This document shows positions 26,121 through 35,954 of a stretch of 61,185 nucleotides of DNA, piece by piece (the first letter of the stretch is position 1; each line of letters starts with the position of its first letter). A model generated the notes under the pieces. That model saw nothing but the letters and a program-made list of their open reading frames with translations. It had not been told where the DNA came from and searched no databases. The DNA is from a virus (lineage: Duplodnaviria; Caudoviricetes): positions 1 through 61,185 of the IMG/VR virus record IMGVR_UViG_3300010373_000049, one strand, 5' to 3'. Made by a program: the position numbers and the translations under genes.

Positions 26121-29100
26121 GTGCCCGACAGCTTCTTGCCTCCCGTCGTGGTGGACGTGATCGGCCGCGACAGCGACCTTGTGTCAACGATCGCCCGCGA
26201 CAAAGCCCTCCTCCGAGACTTCGCGGACACCGAAGCGAACGCGAAAGTCGGCATCGACACGAGGCCCCTGCTGGACGGGCTGGCACGAGCGAGGGTCGAA
26301 CTTGCGACGGGGGTCACGTCCCTCAACGCGCTCGCGTCCGCTGCGACGATGAGTCTGTCGCAACGCCCCGGGGTGTCGGTCGGCTCCGACATTGGGACCC
26401 TGTTCAATAGAACCGGCGGCACGGACGCGGCCGCCGTGACAGCGTTAGGGGGCGGTTCGGGTCGCGGTGGCGGCGGAAGCGGCCTTCTCGCGCTGATGCT
26501 CGGTGCCGCCGGTTTCCACGGTGGTGGGAGCATCCTGTCCACCCTCGGGTGGGGCGGCGGGTTTCTCGGCATGGCGGGCATCGGCACCCCGTTGGGGCTC
26601 GCCGGGTTGGGGGCCGAGCACGCGATTATGACCGGCGTCGGTCTCACGGTCTCCGCCGCGGGCGGTCTGCTCGGCGGCGGTCTTCTCGGGTTGGGTTCGC
26701 TCGGGGTGATGGGTGTCGGGATGGGCACCGACCTTGCCGGTATCGGCCAGGCCGCGGGTGACATCAAGAAGGTGTCGCAAGCCCAGGACCAGTTGAACCA
26801 GGCGATAGCTGTCTACGGCCCGAAGTCGCGGCAGGCCGCGGCCGCGCAGACGCAGTACAACTTGACGCTCGCAGGTTTCTCCCCCGTGGCGCGCGCCGCG
26901 GTGGTGCAGGCGTCGCAGGCCGCGGCCACGTTCAAGGACCTGTTCGACAAGTACACCGGTCCAGCGGAGAAAACCGGGGCGCAGATCATCACCTCGGGTA
27001 TCGGTGTTGGCGAAACGTTCCTCCCCACGATCGGCAAGTTCGCCGCCCAGAACATGGGGATCATCCAGGGGTCGCTAACCGGCAAGGGCGGCCTGTTCTC
27101 CTGGTTGCAGAACTCGTCGGGGACCGGTGGCCTGGGGATCTTCACCGACCTCGAGAACGAGTTCACCAAGAACCTTCCCACCGCCATGCACATGGCCACC
27201 CAGGCGTTCGAGTTGTTCGCCAAAACGGTCGACACCGCGTCGCACTACTCGGGTGGTTTCGTTCACACCCTCGACGCGTTTTTCACCAAGTACAACAACG
27301 GTGCTGGCCTGGCGTCGTGGGACGCGGAGATAGGGCGCCTGATCGGCGACTTCCGGGCGTGGGAGGGCCTGGTCAAACTGATCGCCCAGGACATCTACCA
27401 GTTGTTCCACGCCGACTCCAGCCACAACAACCTGTTCCCCGGTTATGTGAGCACCAGCCAGGCGATAGTCCAGAACCTCACGCAGATGCTCCAGAAGCTC
27501 CACGACTGGGAGACCTCGGTCAGTGGCCAAACGTCGATGCACAACCTGTTCGCGGCGCACAAGCAGGAAGTGATCCAACTGTTGCAGTTGCTACCGCCCC
27601 TGGTCGAGGTGTTCGGGCGGATGGAGATGGCGATAGCACCTAGCCTCGTCCAAGCACTTTCGTTCCTGGTGGGACTGTTCAACGATCTGATCCGCGTGCC
27701 ATTCCTGGGCACGATCATCGCGTGGGGCGCCGGGATCGCCATATTGGCGGGCAAGTTCAACCTTCTCAAACCAGCCGTTGAGATAATGAACAACCTGTGG
27801 GGTCGCATCCTTGCGGCGCCCGTGCAGAACCTCCAGCTCGCCACGACCGCAGTGGACGACATGGGGCAGGCGGCAGGGAACGCCACCGGGCTTGTCGACC
27901 GGTTCGGCCGCCCGCTCGCCACCGCAGGCGAAGACGCAGCGTCCGCCGCGGAGGGTGTCGGCGGGATGGCGTCAGGTCTGAGCGGCATGTTGGGACCGAT
28001 CGGTCTCGTGGCCGGGGCGATCGGCGTGAGCCTGATCCCAGCGTTCGTTGGCCTGTTTAACCATGGGCCGTCCGCCGCGGAGCAGACGGCGCAGGCGATC
28101 AAGGACATGAACCAGCAGATCGCCCAAATGCCGACCGACAACGTGCTGCAAATCGGCAACGACCTGGACCAGATCGCCCGCAACCTCGGAAAACTGAACT
28201 CCCAGATGGACGGCATGAAGACCGGGTCCACGGCCATCCAGGTGACCGGCGGCAAAATGCAGGCCCTTTACGGCGCGTCGATCGACCTTAACCGGGAGAT
28301 GACCACCATGAACGGCAACGTCGGTACCTTGGCGAAAACGTTCGGGTTGTCACAGGGCGACGTTCAATCGTTCGCATCCCAGGTCGGGATCAACCTGAAA
28401 CAGTCGTTGGACCCAACCCAGATCCAGTTGTTCGGCCAGGCCGTCGCCGACTCGGGCGCCCTGTTTGTGACGGCGGGTGGTCAGTCGTCCCAGTGGTATC
28501 AGGCGGTCGCCCAGAACGCCGCAAATGCCGTCAAGGCCCAGCAGAACGCCAACGCCGCGTTGGCGGCCGACACGAAGGAGTCGATGGGACTCCAGGCGAC
28601 GATCATGGGGTCCGGGGGGCTGAACGCCATCATCGACTTTGTAAACGCGCAGAAAGGTGGCTTGCCTCAGGTGGAGGAGATCGCCCAGAAGTACGGGGTG
28701 ACGATCCCGCAGAAGTACCTATCCGAGATGGAACAGTCCATGACGGCGGGCGGGAAAATATCCATGCAAAACCTCGCGTCTGGTGTGTTCACGAACACGC
28801 CGGGGGTCACCGCCGCGCTGAACAAGCTGAAGGATAAATCCCTGGGGGTTCTCCAAACCTTCCAGGCGGGATTCAACGCGGCTGGGGCGGCCGCCGCGGA
28901 CGGGTTCGCGTCTGGTATTACCGAGAACCAGGCGATGGCGATCGCTGCTGCCAATAATCTTGGTGGTAACGCGCTGAAGTCGATGCGCGCTGCGATCAAC
29001 GCCCATTCCCCGTCGCGCAAGGCGATGGAGACTGGCGCCGACTTCGTCGAAGGGTTCAAGATTGGGATTCTCGGCGGTTTGGGTGGCGCGACGGGCGCGG

Positions 29101-29330
29101 CGCGCCAACTGGGCGTCGGTGTGGTCGGCTCTCTCAACTCGTCGGGTCTGGTCGTGCCGAACGTGCTTCTCGGGAACGCGGCCGGCGTTGCCGGCGCCAC
29201 GGGAGGGTCCGGGGCCGGTGGCAACCATGTTGAGATCAACGTGTCGCCACGAACCGACGCCGACAGCAACGAGATCGCGAACGACATCAAGTGGGCGTTC
29301 GGCACCCACATGGCCGGACTCGGCAACTAA
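26121..29330 (+). CDS. tape measure protein
   Basis: 1069 aa, Ala/Gly-rich helical, hydrophobic segments, HSPSR..G..F.EG C-terminal motif. Confidence 0.9.
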   Translation: MPDSFLPPVVVDVIGRDSDLVSTIARDKALLRDFADTEANAKVGIDTRPLLDGLARARVELATGVTSLNALASAATMSLSQRPGVSVGSDIGTLFNRTGGTDAAAVTALGGGSGRGGGGSGLLALMLGAAGFHGGGSILSTLGWGGGFLGMAGIGTPLGLAGLGAEHAIMTGVGLTVSAAGGLLGGGLLGLGSLGVMGVGMGTDLAGIGQAAGDIKKVSQAQDQLNQAIAVYGPKSRQAAAAQTQYNLTLAGFSPVARAAVVQASQAAATFKDLFDKYTGPAEKTGAQIITSGIGVGETFLPTIGKFAAQNMGIIQGSLTGKGGLFSWLQNSSGTGGLGIFTDLENEFTKNLPTAMHMATQAFELFAKTVDTASHYSGGFVHTLDAFFTKYNNGAGLASWDAEIGRLIGDFRAWEGLVKLIAQDIYQLFHADSSHNNLFPGYVSTSQAIVQNLTQMLQKLHDWETSVSGQTSMHNLFAAHKQEVIQLLQLLPPLVEVFGRMEMAIAPSLVQALSFLVGLFNDLIRVPFLGTIIAWGAGIAILAGKFNLLKPAVEIMNNLWGRILAAPVQNLQLATTAVDDMGQAAGNATGLVDRFGRPLATAGEDAASAAEGVGGMASGLSGMLGPIGLVAGAIGVSLIPAFVGLFNHGPSAAEQTAQAIKDMNQQIAQMPTDNVLQIGNDLDQIARNLGKLNSQMDGMKTGSTAIQVTGGKMQALYGASIDLNREMTTMNGNVGTLAKTFGLSQGDVQSFASQVGINLKQSLDPTQIQLFGQAVADSGALFVTAGGQSSQWYQAVAQNAANAVKAQQNANAALAADTKESMGLQATIMGSGGLNAIIDFVNAQKGGLPQVEEIAQKYGVTIPQKYLSEMEQSMTAGGKISMQNLASGVFTNTPGVTAALNKLKDKSLGVLQTFQAGFNAAGAAAADGFASGITENQAMAIAAANNLGGNALKSMRAAINAHSPSRKAMETGADFVEGFKIGILGGLGGATGAARQLGVGVVGSLNSSGLVVPNVLLGNAAGVAGATGGSGAGGNHVEINVSPRTDADSNEIANDIKWAFGTHMAGLGN

Positions 29331-29341
29331 AGGGGACGACG

Positions 29342-29824
29342 TTGGCCTTCCCTCCCACCAACCTTGTTCCGCCGTCCCTGTCCGACTACCAGTGGTCGTA
29401 CAACAATGTCACGTTGGGTGCGTCCACCCCTTTGGGTGTGTTGCAGGTGACCGGGCTGACCGACCTGCCGCAGATCCGTTCGGGCGACCCGAACCAGCCG
29501 CGCGCCAACGGCCAGTTCATCGGCCTGGACCTGTACGGGGGGCGTGACATCACGTTCAACGTGTTCGCGAAAACTGATGGTGTCAGCTTGCAGGACACCC
29601 TCAACCTTTTCGCCGCGGCCACCGTCGTCGGGTTGACCACCGAACAGCCACTGTGGTTCCAGTTGCCGAACTACCCGATCCTGTGTGTCATGTGCCGACC
29701 GCGGAAACGGTCGACGCCGATCGACAAGAACTACGAGGTGAACATCGCGTACCCGGTCGCCCAGTTCCACGCGACCGACCCGAACATTTACGCGGCGCCC
29801 CAAACGGTCAGCGTGGGCCTGTAA
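29342..29824 (+). CDS. distal tail protein (Dit), N-terminal part
   Basis: GLTDLPQIRSGD..G..YGGRDIT..QFHATDP.IY; AAGGGG RBS before TTG. Confidence 0.75.
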   Translation: MAFPPTNLVPPSLSDYQWSYNNVTLGASTPLGVLQVTGLTDLPQIRSGDPNQPRANGQFIGLDLYGGRDITFNVFAKTDGVSLQDTLNLFAAATVVGLTTEQPLWFQLPNYPILCVMCRPRKRSTPIDKNYEVNIAYPVAQFHATDPNIYAAPQTVSVGL

Positions 29825-30268
29825 GTGGCGGGGGCGTCGTTTCCTCTCACGTTCCCGATCGCGTTCGGTGCTGTCTCCCCTTCGGGGGTGAACGTGACGA
29901 ACAACGGGAACTCGACGGTGTGGCCGATCTTCACGATCACCGGGCCGGTCACGAACCCGGCGGTCATCAACGGGTCGCTGACCTCGACACCCGAGTTGCT
30001 TTTCGTGAACCCGACCCAATCGTCGTACACGGTGCTGGCCGGGGACCAGTTGGTGGTCAACACCGACCCGAAAGCCCGCACGATCCTCTACTACGTGGGT
30101 GGTGTCGCGTCGGGGTCCGCCGGGGCGTCAAGAACTAACTGGCTTGTGCAGCCCGCCGGCTGGTTCGGGTTGCCGCCAGGTGTCACTTTGGTGCAGTACC
30201 GGTCGTCCGATGGTGCGCCGACCGCGTCGACGCTGGCCATCGCGTTCTCTTCCGCCTACGTCCTGTAA
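29825..30268 (+). CDS. distal tail protein (Dit), C-terminal part, in frame after a single TAA
   Basis: FPLTFPIAF..TNNGN..WP..TITGPVTNP..WFGLPPG. Confidence 0.75.
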   Translation: MAGASFPLTFPIAFGAVSPSGVNVTNNGNSTVWPIFTITGPVTNPAVINGSLTSTPELLFVNPTQSSYTVLAGDQLVVNTDPKARTILYYVGGVASGSAGASRTNWLVQPAGWFGLPPGVTLVQYRSSDGAPTASTLAIAFSSAYVL

Positions 30269-30283
30269 CCCCGAGGGGGCTTT

Positions 30284-31654
30284 GTGGGCGACTTCGTTTT
30301 CGATCAGACCGGCGCGTCCGGGCGTTCGTCCACCGGGTGGAAACAGTCCACGTGGTGGAAACGCCTGGTGCAGCTCACGACGACACGTGACCCGGAGATC
30401 ATCGCATCCATCTTGGCGGCCGGGTTCGGGCCGCCGCCAACCCCGGTCCCGGTTCCTTCGCCGTCTATCCCTGTCGCGGATGTCACCCAGTACACCTACC
30501 AGTTCACCGACATTCACGGGAACCTCCTGGCGATCCTGCCGTTGAACGGGTTCAAGTTCGAGTACGTGCTCAACCAGGCCGGCCAGTGGTCGGGGACGTT
30601 GCCGGTGGAGGACCCGCAGATCGCTGCGACGAACTGGATTGAGGCGACCGCCCCGAACAAGACGTGCGTGTGGGTGTACTCCGGTTCGACCCTCCTTTAC
30701 GGGGGGTTGGTCCGTACCCGCCAGTACACGATGTCGAGACAGCAGGTGGCGTTGGGCGGCGCGGACTTCGTGTGCTACCTCGACCAACGCTTGCAGGCGA
30801 AGGATTACACCACCACCTGGGCGAACGGTGGGGGGTCCGCGTCGATGGCGGCAACCCTGATCGACGACGCGCTCGACGTGGCGAACTCTCTGCCGATCCT
30901 TGTCGCCTTGGACGGCACCGAACCGTCCCAGTATTACATCACGGCGTCTTTCCCTCTCTCCCAGCAGCAGTCTTTGTCTTCGATCTTCCAGCAGTTGCAG
31001 GAGATGGGTTACCTGGTCGGGTTCGACTACGCGTGCGACGCGGGCCTGGTCGCGGGTGTCCCGACCGGGGTTATCACGATCTCGTACCCGCGCCGCGGGC
31101 GTGTCGCCGGGACTACGGGGTTGACGTTGGACACGTCGTTGGCCACCGAGTTCGTGTGGGCGGAGGACGGCACCCAGCAGGCCGACCAGGTGCAGGAGAT
31201 GGCAACCGCGTTCGGTGGTGTCGGTGCGGTCCTCACGTGGTCCCCGGCGATGTCAGCGGACGGTTACCCGCTGTACCAGTCGGTGCAACAGCACGCAGTG
31301 TTTTCGGCTCAGACGTTCTACACGAACAACGAGGTGTCGGCTTCCGCGGCGGTGTTGGACGCGTGGGGCGCTGACGACCTGGCCTTGTACGCGTACCCGG
31401 CTGTGGCACCGAAGATCACCGTCCCGTTGGACAGCGCCGGTTGCGCCTTAGGGGATTTCATTGTCGGTGACGACGTGAACCTGATTATGAACCCACCGGC
31501 CGGTTTGCCAGTGAACCCGCGTTTCCCGCTCGGGCTGAACGTCTACATGCGGATCATCAAGTGCGCTGTGACCGTCGCCGACGAGGGGATGCCGACAATG
31601 GAGATCACGTTGAACATGCCGCCAGCTTCGAGTCCTCAAAGGCCCCCGTCGTAA
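30284..31654 (+). CDS. minor tail protein (Gp37/Tal-like baseplate hub)
   Basis: F...LNQAG..SGTL..YGG.V..RQY; DF.VGDDV..RI; follows Dit. Confidence 0.75.
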   Translation: MGDFVFDQTGASGRSSTGWKQSTWWKRLVQLTTTRDPEIIASILAAGFGPPPTPVPVPSPSIPVADVTQYTYQFTDIHGNLLAILPLNGFKFEYVLNQAGQWSGTLPVEDPQIAATNWIEATAPNKTCVWVYSGSTLLYGGLVRTRQYTMSRQQVALGGADFVCYLDQRLQAKDYTTTWANGGGSASMAATLIDDALDVANSLPILVALDGTEPSQYYITASFPLSQQQSLSSIFQQLQEMGYLVGFDYACDAGLVAGVPTGVITISYPRRGRVAGTTGLTLDTSLATEFVWAEDGTQQADQVQEMATAFGGVGAVLTWSPAMSADGYPLYQSVQQHAVFSAQTFYTNNEVSASAAVLDAWGADDLALYAYPAVAPKITVPLDSAGCALGDFIVGDDVNLIMNPPAGLPVNPRFPLGLNVYMRIIKCAVTVADEGMPTMEITLNMPPASSPQRPPS

Positions 31655-32529
31655 TGCCCGGTGTCAACTACGGGCAGGACGGCGTAAACGGCCTTGGGCG
31701 CATGATCGGCAAGTGGGCTCATGGGACGCACGCCCTGGGCGCCCAGCAGCAGGGTGTCATCTCGGACAACTTGGGGCGACCCGTTATCCGATCGGGGATA
31801 ACCCTGTACGGGCCTACCGACACCGACCCGAAGTACGGGTTCGTGGTCATGGACCCGATCACGAACAAGCAACTCATGTTCATGGGGTACGACTCGGGCG
31901 CGGGTGCTGCGTATATTGCGTTCTACGACGCCAACGGGAACGTGGTCAACAAGTTCGACCTGAGCGGGCAGCACGTGTATGACAGCTCAGATCATGAGGT
32001 CGTCCGTCTAGACCAGACGGGGCTCCACGTCTACGACGACGCTGGGCACGAGAACGCCCGTCTAGGGCTCCTACCCAACTCGCAATATGGAGTCGGCGTA
32101 TGGAACACCGAGCACGACGGCAGTTGGGGGTGGCTGGACTATCAGAACTACGCCTTCGGCAACTGGTCGCAAGTCGGGACATCGCAGAGTACGACCTCGA
32201 CCACCTGGGCAGACCTTGCCACCGCTGGCCCTTCCGTCTCGCTGGACGTTGGCAGCGACGGCTTCGGGTTGGTGCGCGCGTCCGTGATGACAGAGGCACC
32301 AGCCAATCAGACGGTCAGCGTCGGTGTCTCCATAGACGGTGCCGCGCCGACGTTTGCACAGATGCAGTTCGCCAATGGCGTAGCCAGCCCGATCAACGCG
32401 CCGCTATTCGCTGAGATCAGCTACTCAGGGCTGACGCCCGGGAATCACACGTTCAAGCTTCAGTACGAAACCTCGGGCGGCACGGCGACCTTCTGGAACC
32501 GCTACCTGTTCGTCTCGAATGGCGGCTAG
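31654..32529 (+). CDS. minor tail protein
   Basis: YD..G.E..RLG repeats; C-terminal GLTPGNHTFKLQY beta-sandwich. Confidence 0.7.
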   Translation: MPGVNYGQDGVNGLGRMIGKWAHGTHALGAQQQGVISDNLGRPVIRSGITLYGPTDTDPKYGFVVMDPITNKQLMFMGYDSGAGAAYIAFYDANGNVVNKFDLSGQHVYDSSDHEVVRLDQTGLHVYDDAGHENARLGLLPNSQYGVGVWNTEHDGSWGWLDYQNYAFGNWSQVGTSQSTTSTTWADLATAGPSVSLDVGSDGFGLVRASVMTEAPANQTVSVGVSIDGAAPTFAQMQFANGVASPINAPLFAEISYSGLTPGNHTFKLQYETSGGTATFWNRYLFVSNGG

Positions 32530-32849
32530 TGGGTTCCTTGGCCGCTTCCGTTGTTGGCCGTGGGGCCCGGCAGGGAGACGGGGGGATACGGGGCCGTGTT
32601 CGGTGGCGGCGCTATCGTCTTTGTTGCTGGCTCAGTCGTGGTCGTTGGAGCCACCGTGGTGGCAACTGGCACGGTCGTTGTAGTCGTTGGCGCCACGGTC
32701 GTTGTCGACCCGGACGCACCCGATGGGGTGAGTATCTGAACCGAGCGAACCGGAGTCGAGCCGGACGTGACAGCGACCGCTATTCCTGCACCCCCGCCGA
32801 CTAGGGCGAGTGCGGCGATGCCTCCTGCGATCTTTGGTGACAGTTTCAC
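32526..32849 (-). CDS. antisense moron-like gene: secreted or membrane Thr/Pro-rich protein
   Basis: signal-peptide-like MKLSPKIAGGIAALALVGGG; GAGGA RBS; GTG start in CACGTG. Confidence 0.55.
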   Translation of the reverse strand: MKLSPKIAGGIAALALVGGGAGIAVAVTSGSTPVRSVQILTPSGASGSTTTVAPTTTTTVPVATTVAPTTTTEPATKTIAPPPNTAPYPPVSLPGPTANNGSGQGTH

Positions 32850-33163
32850 GTGGTCCTCTTCCTCTTGAACACGTCCACGGTGGCGGCGATTCCCAACACG
32901 GCAGAAACGACCAGGGCGTAGGCCACAAGTACCGTTTCGGCGGCCACCACGAACATCAGCGGCAGGAAGAACCACACGAACCCGAATAGCAGGAACCCGA
33001 GGCATCCGGTCCCGGCACGGTTCGGGAGTGATCTTTGGGCACGTGCCTGGCGTCGGGTGGTCGAGTAGCGGGCGGGGAACGAGAACACCAGTTTCCACGC
33101 TTGGGCCACGTGGCCCGCGCAGACCCCGCTGAACCCGGTCCTGGTTGTCGGGGTGGTCACCAT
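32846..33163 (-). CDS. antisense moron-like gene: two-TM membrane protein
   Basis: two hydrophobic helices; GTGA-coupled to 32526-32849. Confidence 0.55.
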   Translation of the reverse strand: MVTTPTTRTGFSGVCAGHVAQAWKLVFSFPARYSTTRRQARAQRSLPNRAGTGCLGFLLFGFVWFFLPLMFVVAAETVLVAYALVVSAVLGIAATVDVFKRKRTT

Positions 33164-33215
33164 CGCCTGCCCCCACCTGCCTTTCCGCGCGCACGATACC
33201 ACGAAAGGTGGCGTT

Positions 33216-33644
33216 TTGTCCACAGAACCTTCCGATTACACGTGCGTCCTGTCGGGACCGTTGGCACGCAAAACCCCCCTCCTCGCCTCACTGGACCGTG
33301 CTGGGGCGGACCTGTCCGAACCGCAACATTTGGATTCGCATTGGGCGGTCAAGTACGGCCACGAGGTGGACCCGACGGTCGGCTGGGTTCACTGTCGCAC
33401 GTCGCATCCTGACCAGATTTCGGGCCATGTGTCACGTGCCGGGTGGCGGCTGGTTGCCCACTGGCCCACCGGACCCTGCGGGGAGTGCAACGGCACGGGG
33501 CACGTGAACCACGGCACCCAAGGGTTGGGCACCTGCCTCCACTGTGGCGGCAAGAAGGTCACGAACGTCCCGGCGAAGACAGCGGAGCAGAAACTGTTGG
33601 AGCGCCTAGAGCGCCTGGAGGCGCAACTGGCCGGGAGGGGCTGA
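33216..33644 (+). CDS. small protein with DnaJ-type Zn finger and coiled C-terminus
   Basis: CGECNGTG..CLHCGG; GAAAGGTGG RBS before TTG. Confidence 0.5.
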   Translation: MSTEPSDYTCVLSGPLARKTPLLASLDRAGADLSEPQHLDSHWAVKYGHEVDPTVGWVHCRTSHPDQISGHVSRAGWRLVAHWPTGPCGECNGTGHVNHGTQGLGTCLHCGGKKVTNVPAKTAEQKLLERLERLEAQLAGRG

Positions 33645-33645
33645 C

Positions 33646-34632
33646 ATGGCTATCGCCCCTTACGCCATCACAGCCCTGTCGCTCACGGCGGAAACGTTCC
33701 GTCAGGCCCCCAGCTCGTTCATCGCCGGCACGGGCGTTGTCGGCACGGGCGACTATCAGGTCACGGCGAACGGGTCGCCGAACATGTCGATCAACGTCGC
33801 CGCGGGACAAGCTTGGGTTCCGGGGACCCTGGCATCCACGACCGGATTCCCGGCGAACCTGAACGCCCAGACAGCCTACGGGCTCCCGTCGGTTTTCAAC
33901 GAGCAGGGGTCGATATACGGGTGGCTGAACGGCACCGTGAACCTGGCGATCTCCGCTGCCGACCCGACGAACCCGCGCATCGACATCGTTTGTGTGAGCG
34001 TCCAGGACGCCCAGTATTCGGGGTCGAACAATCAGATGGTCACGCAGGTGATCACCGGCACCCCGGCACCGTCCCCGTCGCCACCGAACGCCCCCGCAGC
34101 GTCGCTGGTATTAGCGCAGGTTGCTGTTGCGGCTAATGCCACGTCGATCGTGTCGGGGAACATCACCGACGAACGCAAGTTCCTGGCGTTGACCGCGCCC
34201 GAGCGGGATAACCCTAAGGGCCGGTTGTACCAGGGTGCCGCACAGACGTTGCCGACCGGTGGGTTCACGCAAGTGAACCTCGGGGTTGTCGACGGTTTGC
34301 GGGGTGGGATGGCGGCGGTGTCGTCGAACTCGACGTTGCAGGTGCCGATAGCCGGCGACTACCTGGTTTGCGGGGAACTCCAGTTCTCGACCCCGGCGTC
34401 GTCGTCGTCGCTGGGGGTCGCGATCTTCAAGAACGGCACGCAGGCCCGGTACGGCACCCAGCAAAACGGTGTCACCGTCGCCGGTACCGCCTACGTGGTG
34501 GCCGATGTGGTCACGTGCTCCGCCGGGGACCTGCTCACCCTTTACGGGTTCGTGCAGGGCGGGAACACGGCGTTGAACGCTACGGGCGCGACGACACAGA
34601 ACTACCTGTCGGCGTCCCTGGTGTCCCAATGA
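33646..34632 (+). CDS. minor tail/fibre protein with C-terminal C1q-like domain
   Basis: MSINVAAGQAWV, ADPTNPRID..V, LAQVAVAANATSI..ITDER; P.AGDYLV..I.KNG..C.AGD. Confidence 0.75.
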   Translation: MAIAPYAITALSLTAETFRQAPSSFIAGTGVVGTGDYQVTANGSPNMSINVAAGQAWVPGTLASTTGFPANLNAQTAYGLPSVFNEQGSIYGWLNGTVNLAISAADPTNPRIDIVCVSVQDAQYSGSNNQMVTQVITGTPAPSPSPPNAPAASLVLAQVAVAANATSIVSGNITDERKFLALTAPERDNPKGRLYQGAAQTLPTGGFTQVNLGVVDGLRGGMAAVSSNSTLQVPIAGDYLVCGELQFSTPASSSSLGVAIFKNGTQARYGTQQNGVTVAGTAYVVADVVTCSAGDLLTLYGFVQGGNTALNATGATTQNYLSASLVSQ

Positions 34633-35423
34633 CCGGGTTGGCGTTCGACGCCCTGTCCACGTCGATCGACCCTGCCGCGGCGAAACAGGCCGGGTACGAG
34701 GCGTTCCTCGGGTACACGCGGGTGCTCACCGCGGACGTGTGCCAGCGGTACATCAACGCCGGTTTGGGTGTCGCCACGATCTTCGAGTACCAGGCGGACG
34801 AGTCCCTGCAAGGATCAGCGAAAGGCACCGCTGACGGGCAGTTGGCGGCGCAACAGTTGACGGCTCTCGGTCAGGAGCACGGGACGCTCCACGTGGTCAA
34901 CCTCGCCGACTTCGCTCCCACCCCGTCGCAGTTGCCCACGATCGTCGCGTACTGGCAGGCGTATGTCGCCCAAACCTCAGCGTGGCACGTGATCCCGTAC
35001 GGCCCCCGCTGGTTGCTGGACGCGATGGGCGTCAAGGGTTGGCAGAACGCGATGGACGACAACGGCGAGGCCGGTGACGTGGTGTCCGCTAACGCCGTCG
35101 TGTACCAGCGTGTCACCCCCACCCGGACCATTGCCGGCACGACCGCTCACACTTACGACGAGGACGTTGTCCTCGCGGACCTTCCTTGGTGGGGTTTGAC
35201 GATCCCGGTCCCACCGGCACCTTTCATTGCTAAGGAGACTCATATGTTCGTCGCCGCAGGTTTGCCTATCGGCCAGTCCGCCGCCTACCTGGTGATGGAG
35301 TGCGGGAAGATCGTGCTACCTGACCCGGACGACCTGGGGGCGTTGTGTAAGGCGTGCGGGCAGGCCGGGGTCGTCCCGTTGCACGCGGACACCCTCGCCG
35401 CGATCCCGGACGCACCGAAGTAG
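34629..35423 (+). CDS. endolysin, DUF1906/Rv2525c-like glycoside hydrolase
   Basis: AAKQAGY....Y...LTA....Y..AGLGVA.IFE..G.ADG..A..LG; C-terminal YDED; first gene after tail. Confidence 0.75.
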   Translation: MTGLAFDALSTSIDPAAAKQAGYEAFLGYTRVLTADVCQRYINAGLGVATIFEYQADESLQGSAKGTADGQLAAQQLTALGQEHGTLHVVNLADFAPTPSQLPTIVAYWQAYVAQTSAWHVIPYGPRWLLDAMGVKGWQNAMDDNGEAGDVVSANAVVYQRVTPTRTIAGTTAHTYDEDVVLADLPWWGLTIPVPPAPFIAKETHMFVAAGLPIGQSAAYLVMECGKIVLPDPDDLGALCKACGQAGVVPLHADTLAAIPDAPK

Positions 35424-35433
35424 GTCCACGTCG

Positions 35434-35832
35434 ATGGCGGACGAACACCAACACCAACCGGACCCGCAGATCACGTCGGCTATCGCGGCGGCGATGGCGG
35501 CGGTGTCCCCGAAGGTGACCTACGACGTGGCCGACCTGCTCGACCGCATGGGCACACGCATCGATCAGGGCTTCTCCGAGATGAAAGCCTTGATGACGAA
35601 CAAGGCCGACAAGTCCGACGTGGCCCGCATGGAGGCCCGCCTGGACGAGCACGGCAAGAAAATCGGCTCCCTCGAGGATTGGCGCAAGGAGGCGACCGCC
35701 GAGGAGCGTGCCACCGAGAAAGAGCAGTCTCGGCGTTCCGCGTTCGCGCAGTGGAGGGTGTCCACGTGGATCGGGTTGTGCGGTGGTGCTTCGGGTTGGG
35801 CCGTTCTCATCTACTACCTCGTCGCCCACTGA
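35434..35832 (+). CDS. coiled-coil protein with C-terminal TM (lysis-associated)
   Basis: coiled coil plus single C-terminal TM directly after lysin. Confidence 0.6.
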   Translation: MADEHQHQPDPQITSAIAAAMAAVSPKVTYDVADLLDRMGTRIDQGFSEMKALMTNKADKSDVARMEARLDEHGKKIGSLEDWRKEATAEERATEKEQSRRSAFAQWRVSTWIGLCGGASGWAVLIYYLVAH

Positions 35833-35954
35833 TGGGCTGGTTGTGCCGTTTGGGGTTGCACCGTTGGCGGTACCACGGGTACCCGGTGCAGGAACGGCGC
35901 ACGTGCCTCGGATTTCAAGCACCAGTGGTTTGTTGGCGGGAGGTGGGGTGACAG

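Noticed and set aside
29822-29824. Alternative genetic code (stop reassignment)
   Set aside because: TAA, TAG and TGA all end well-defined genes elsewhere; only this TAA clearly looks internal to a known domain.
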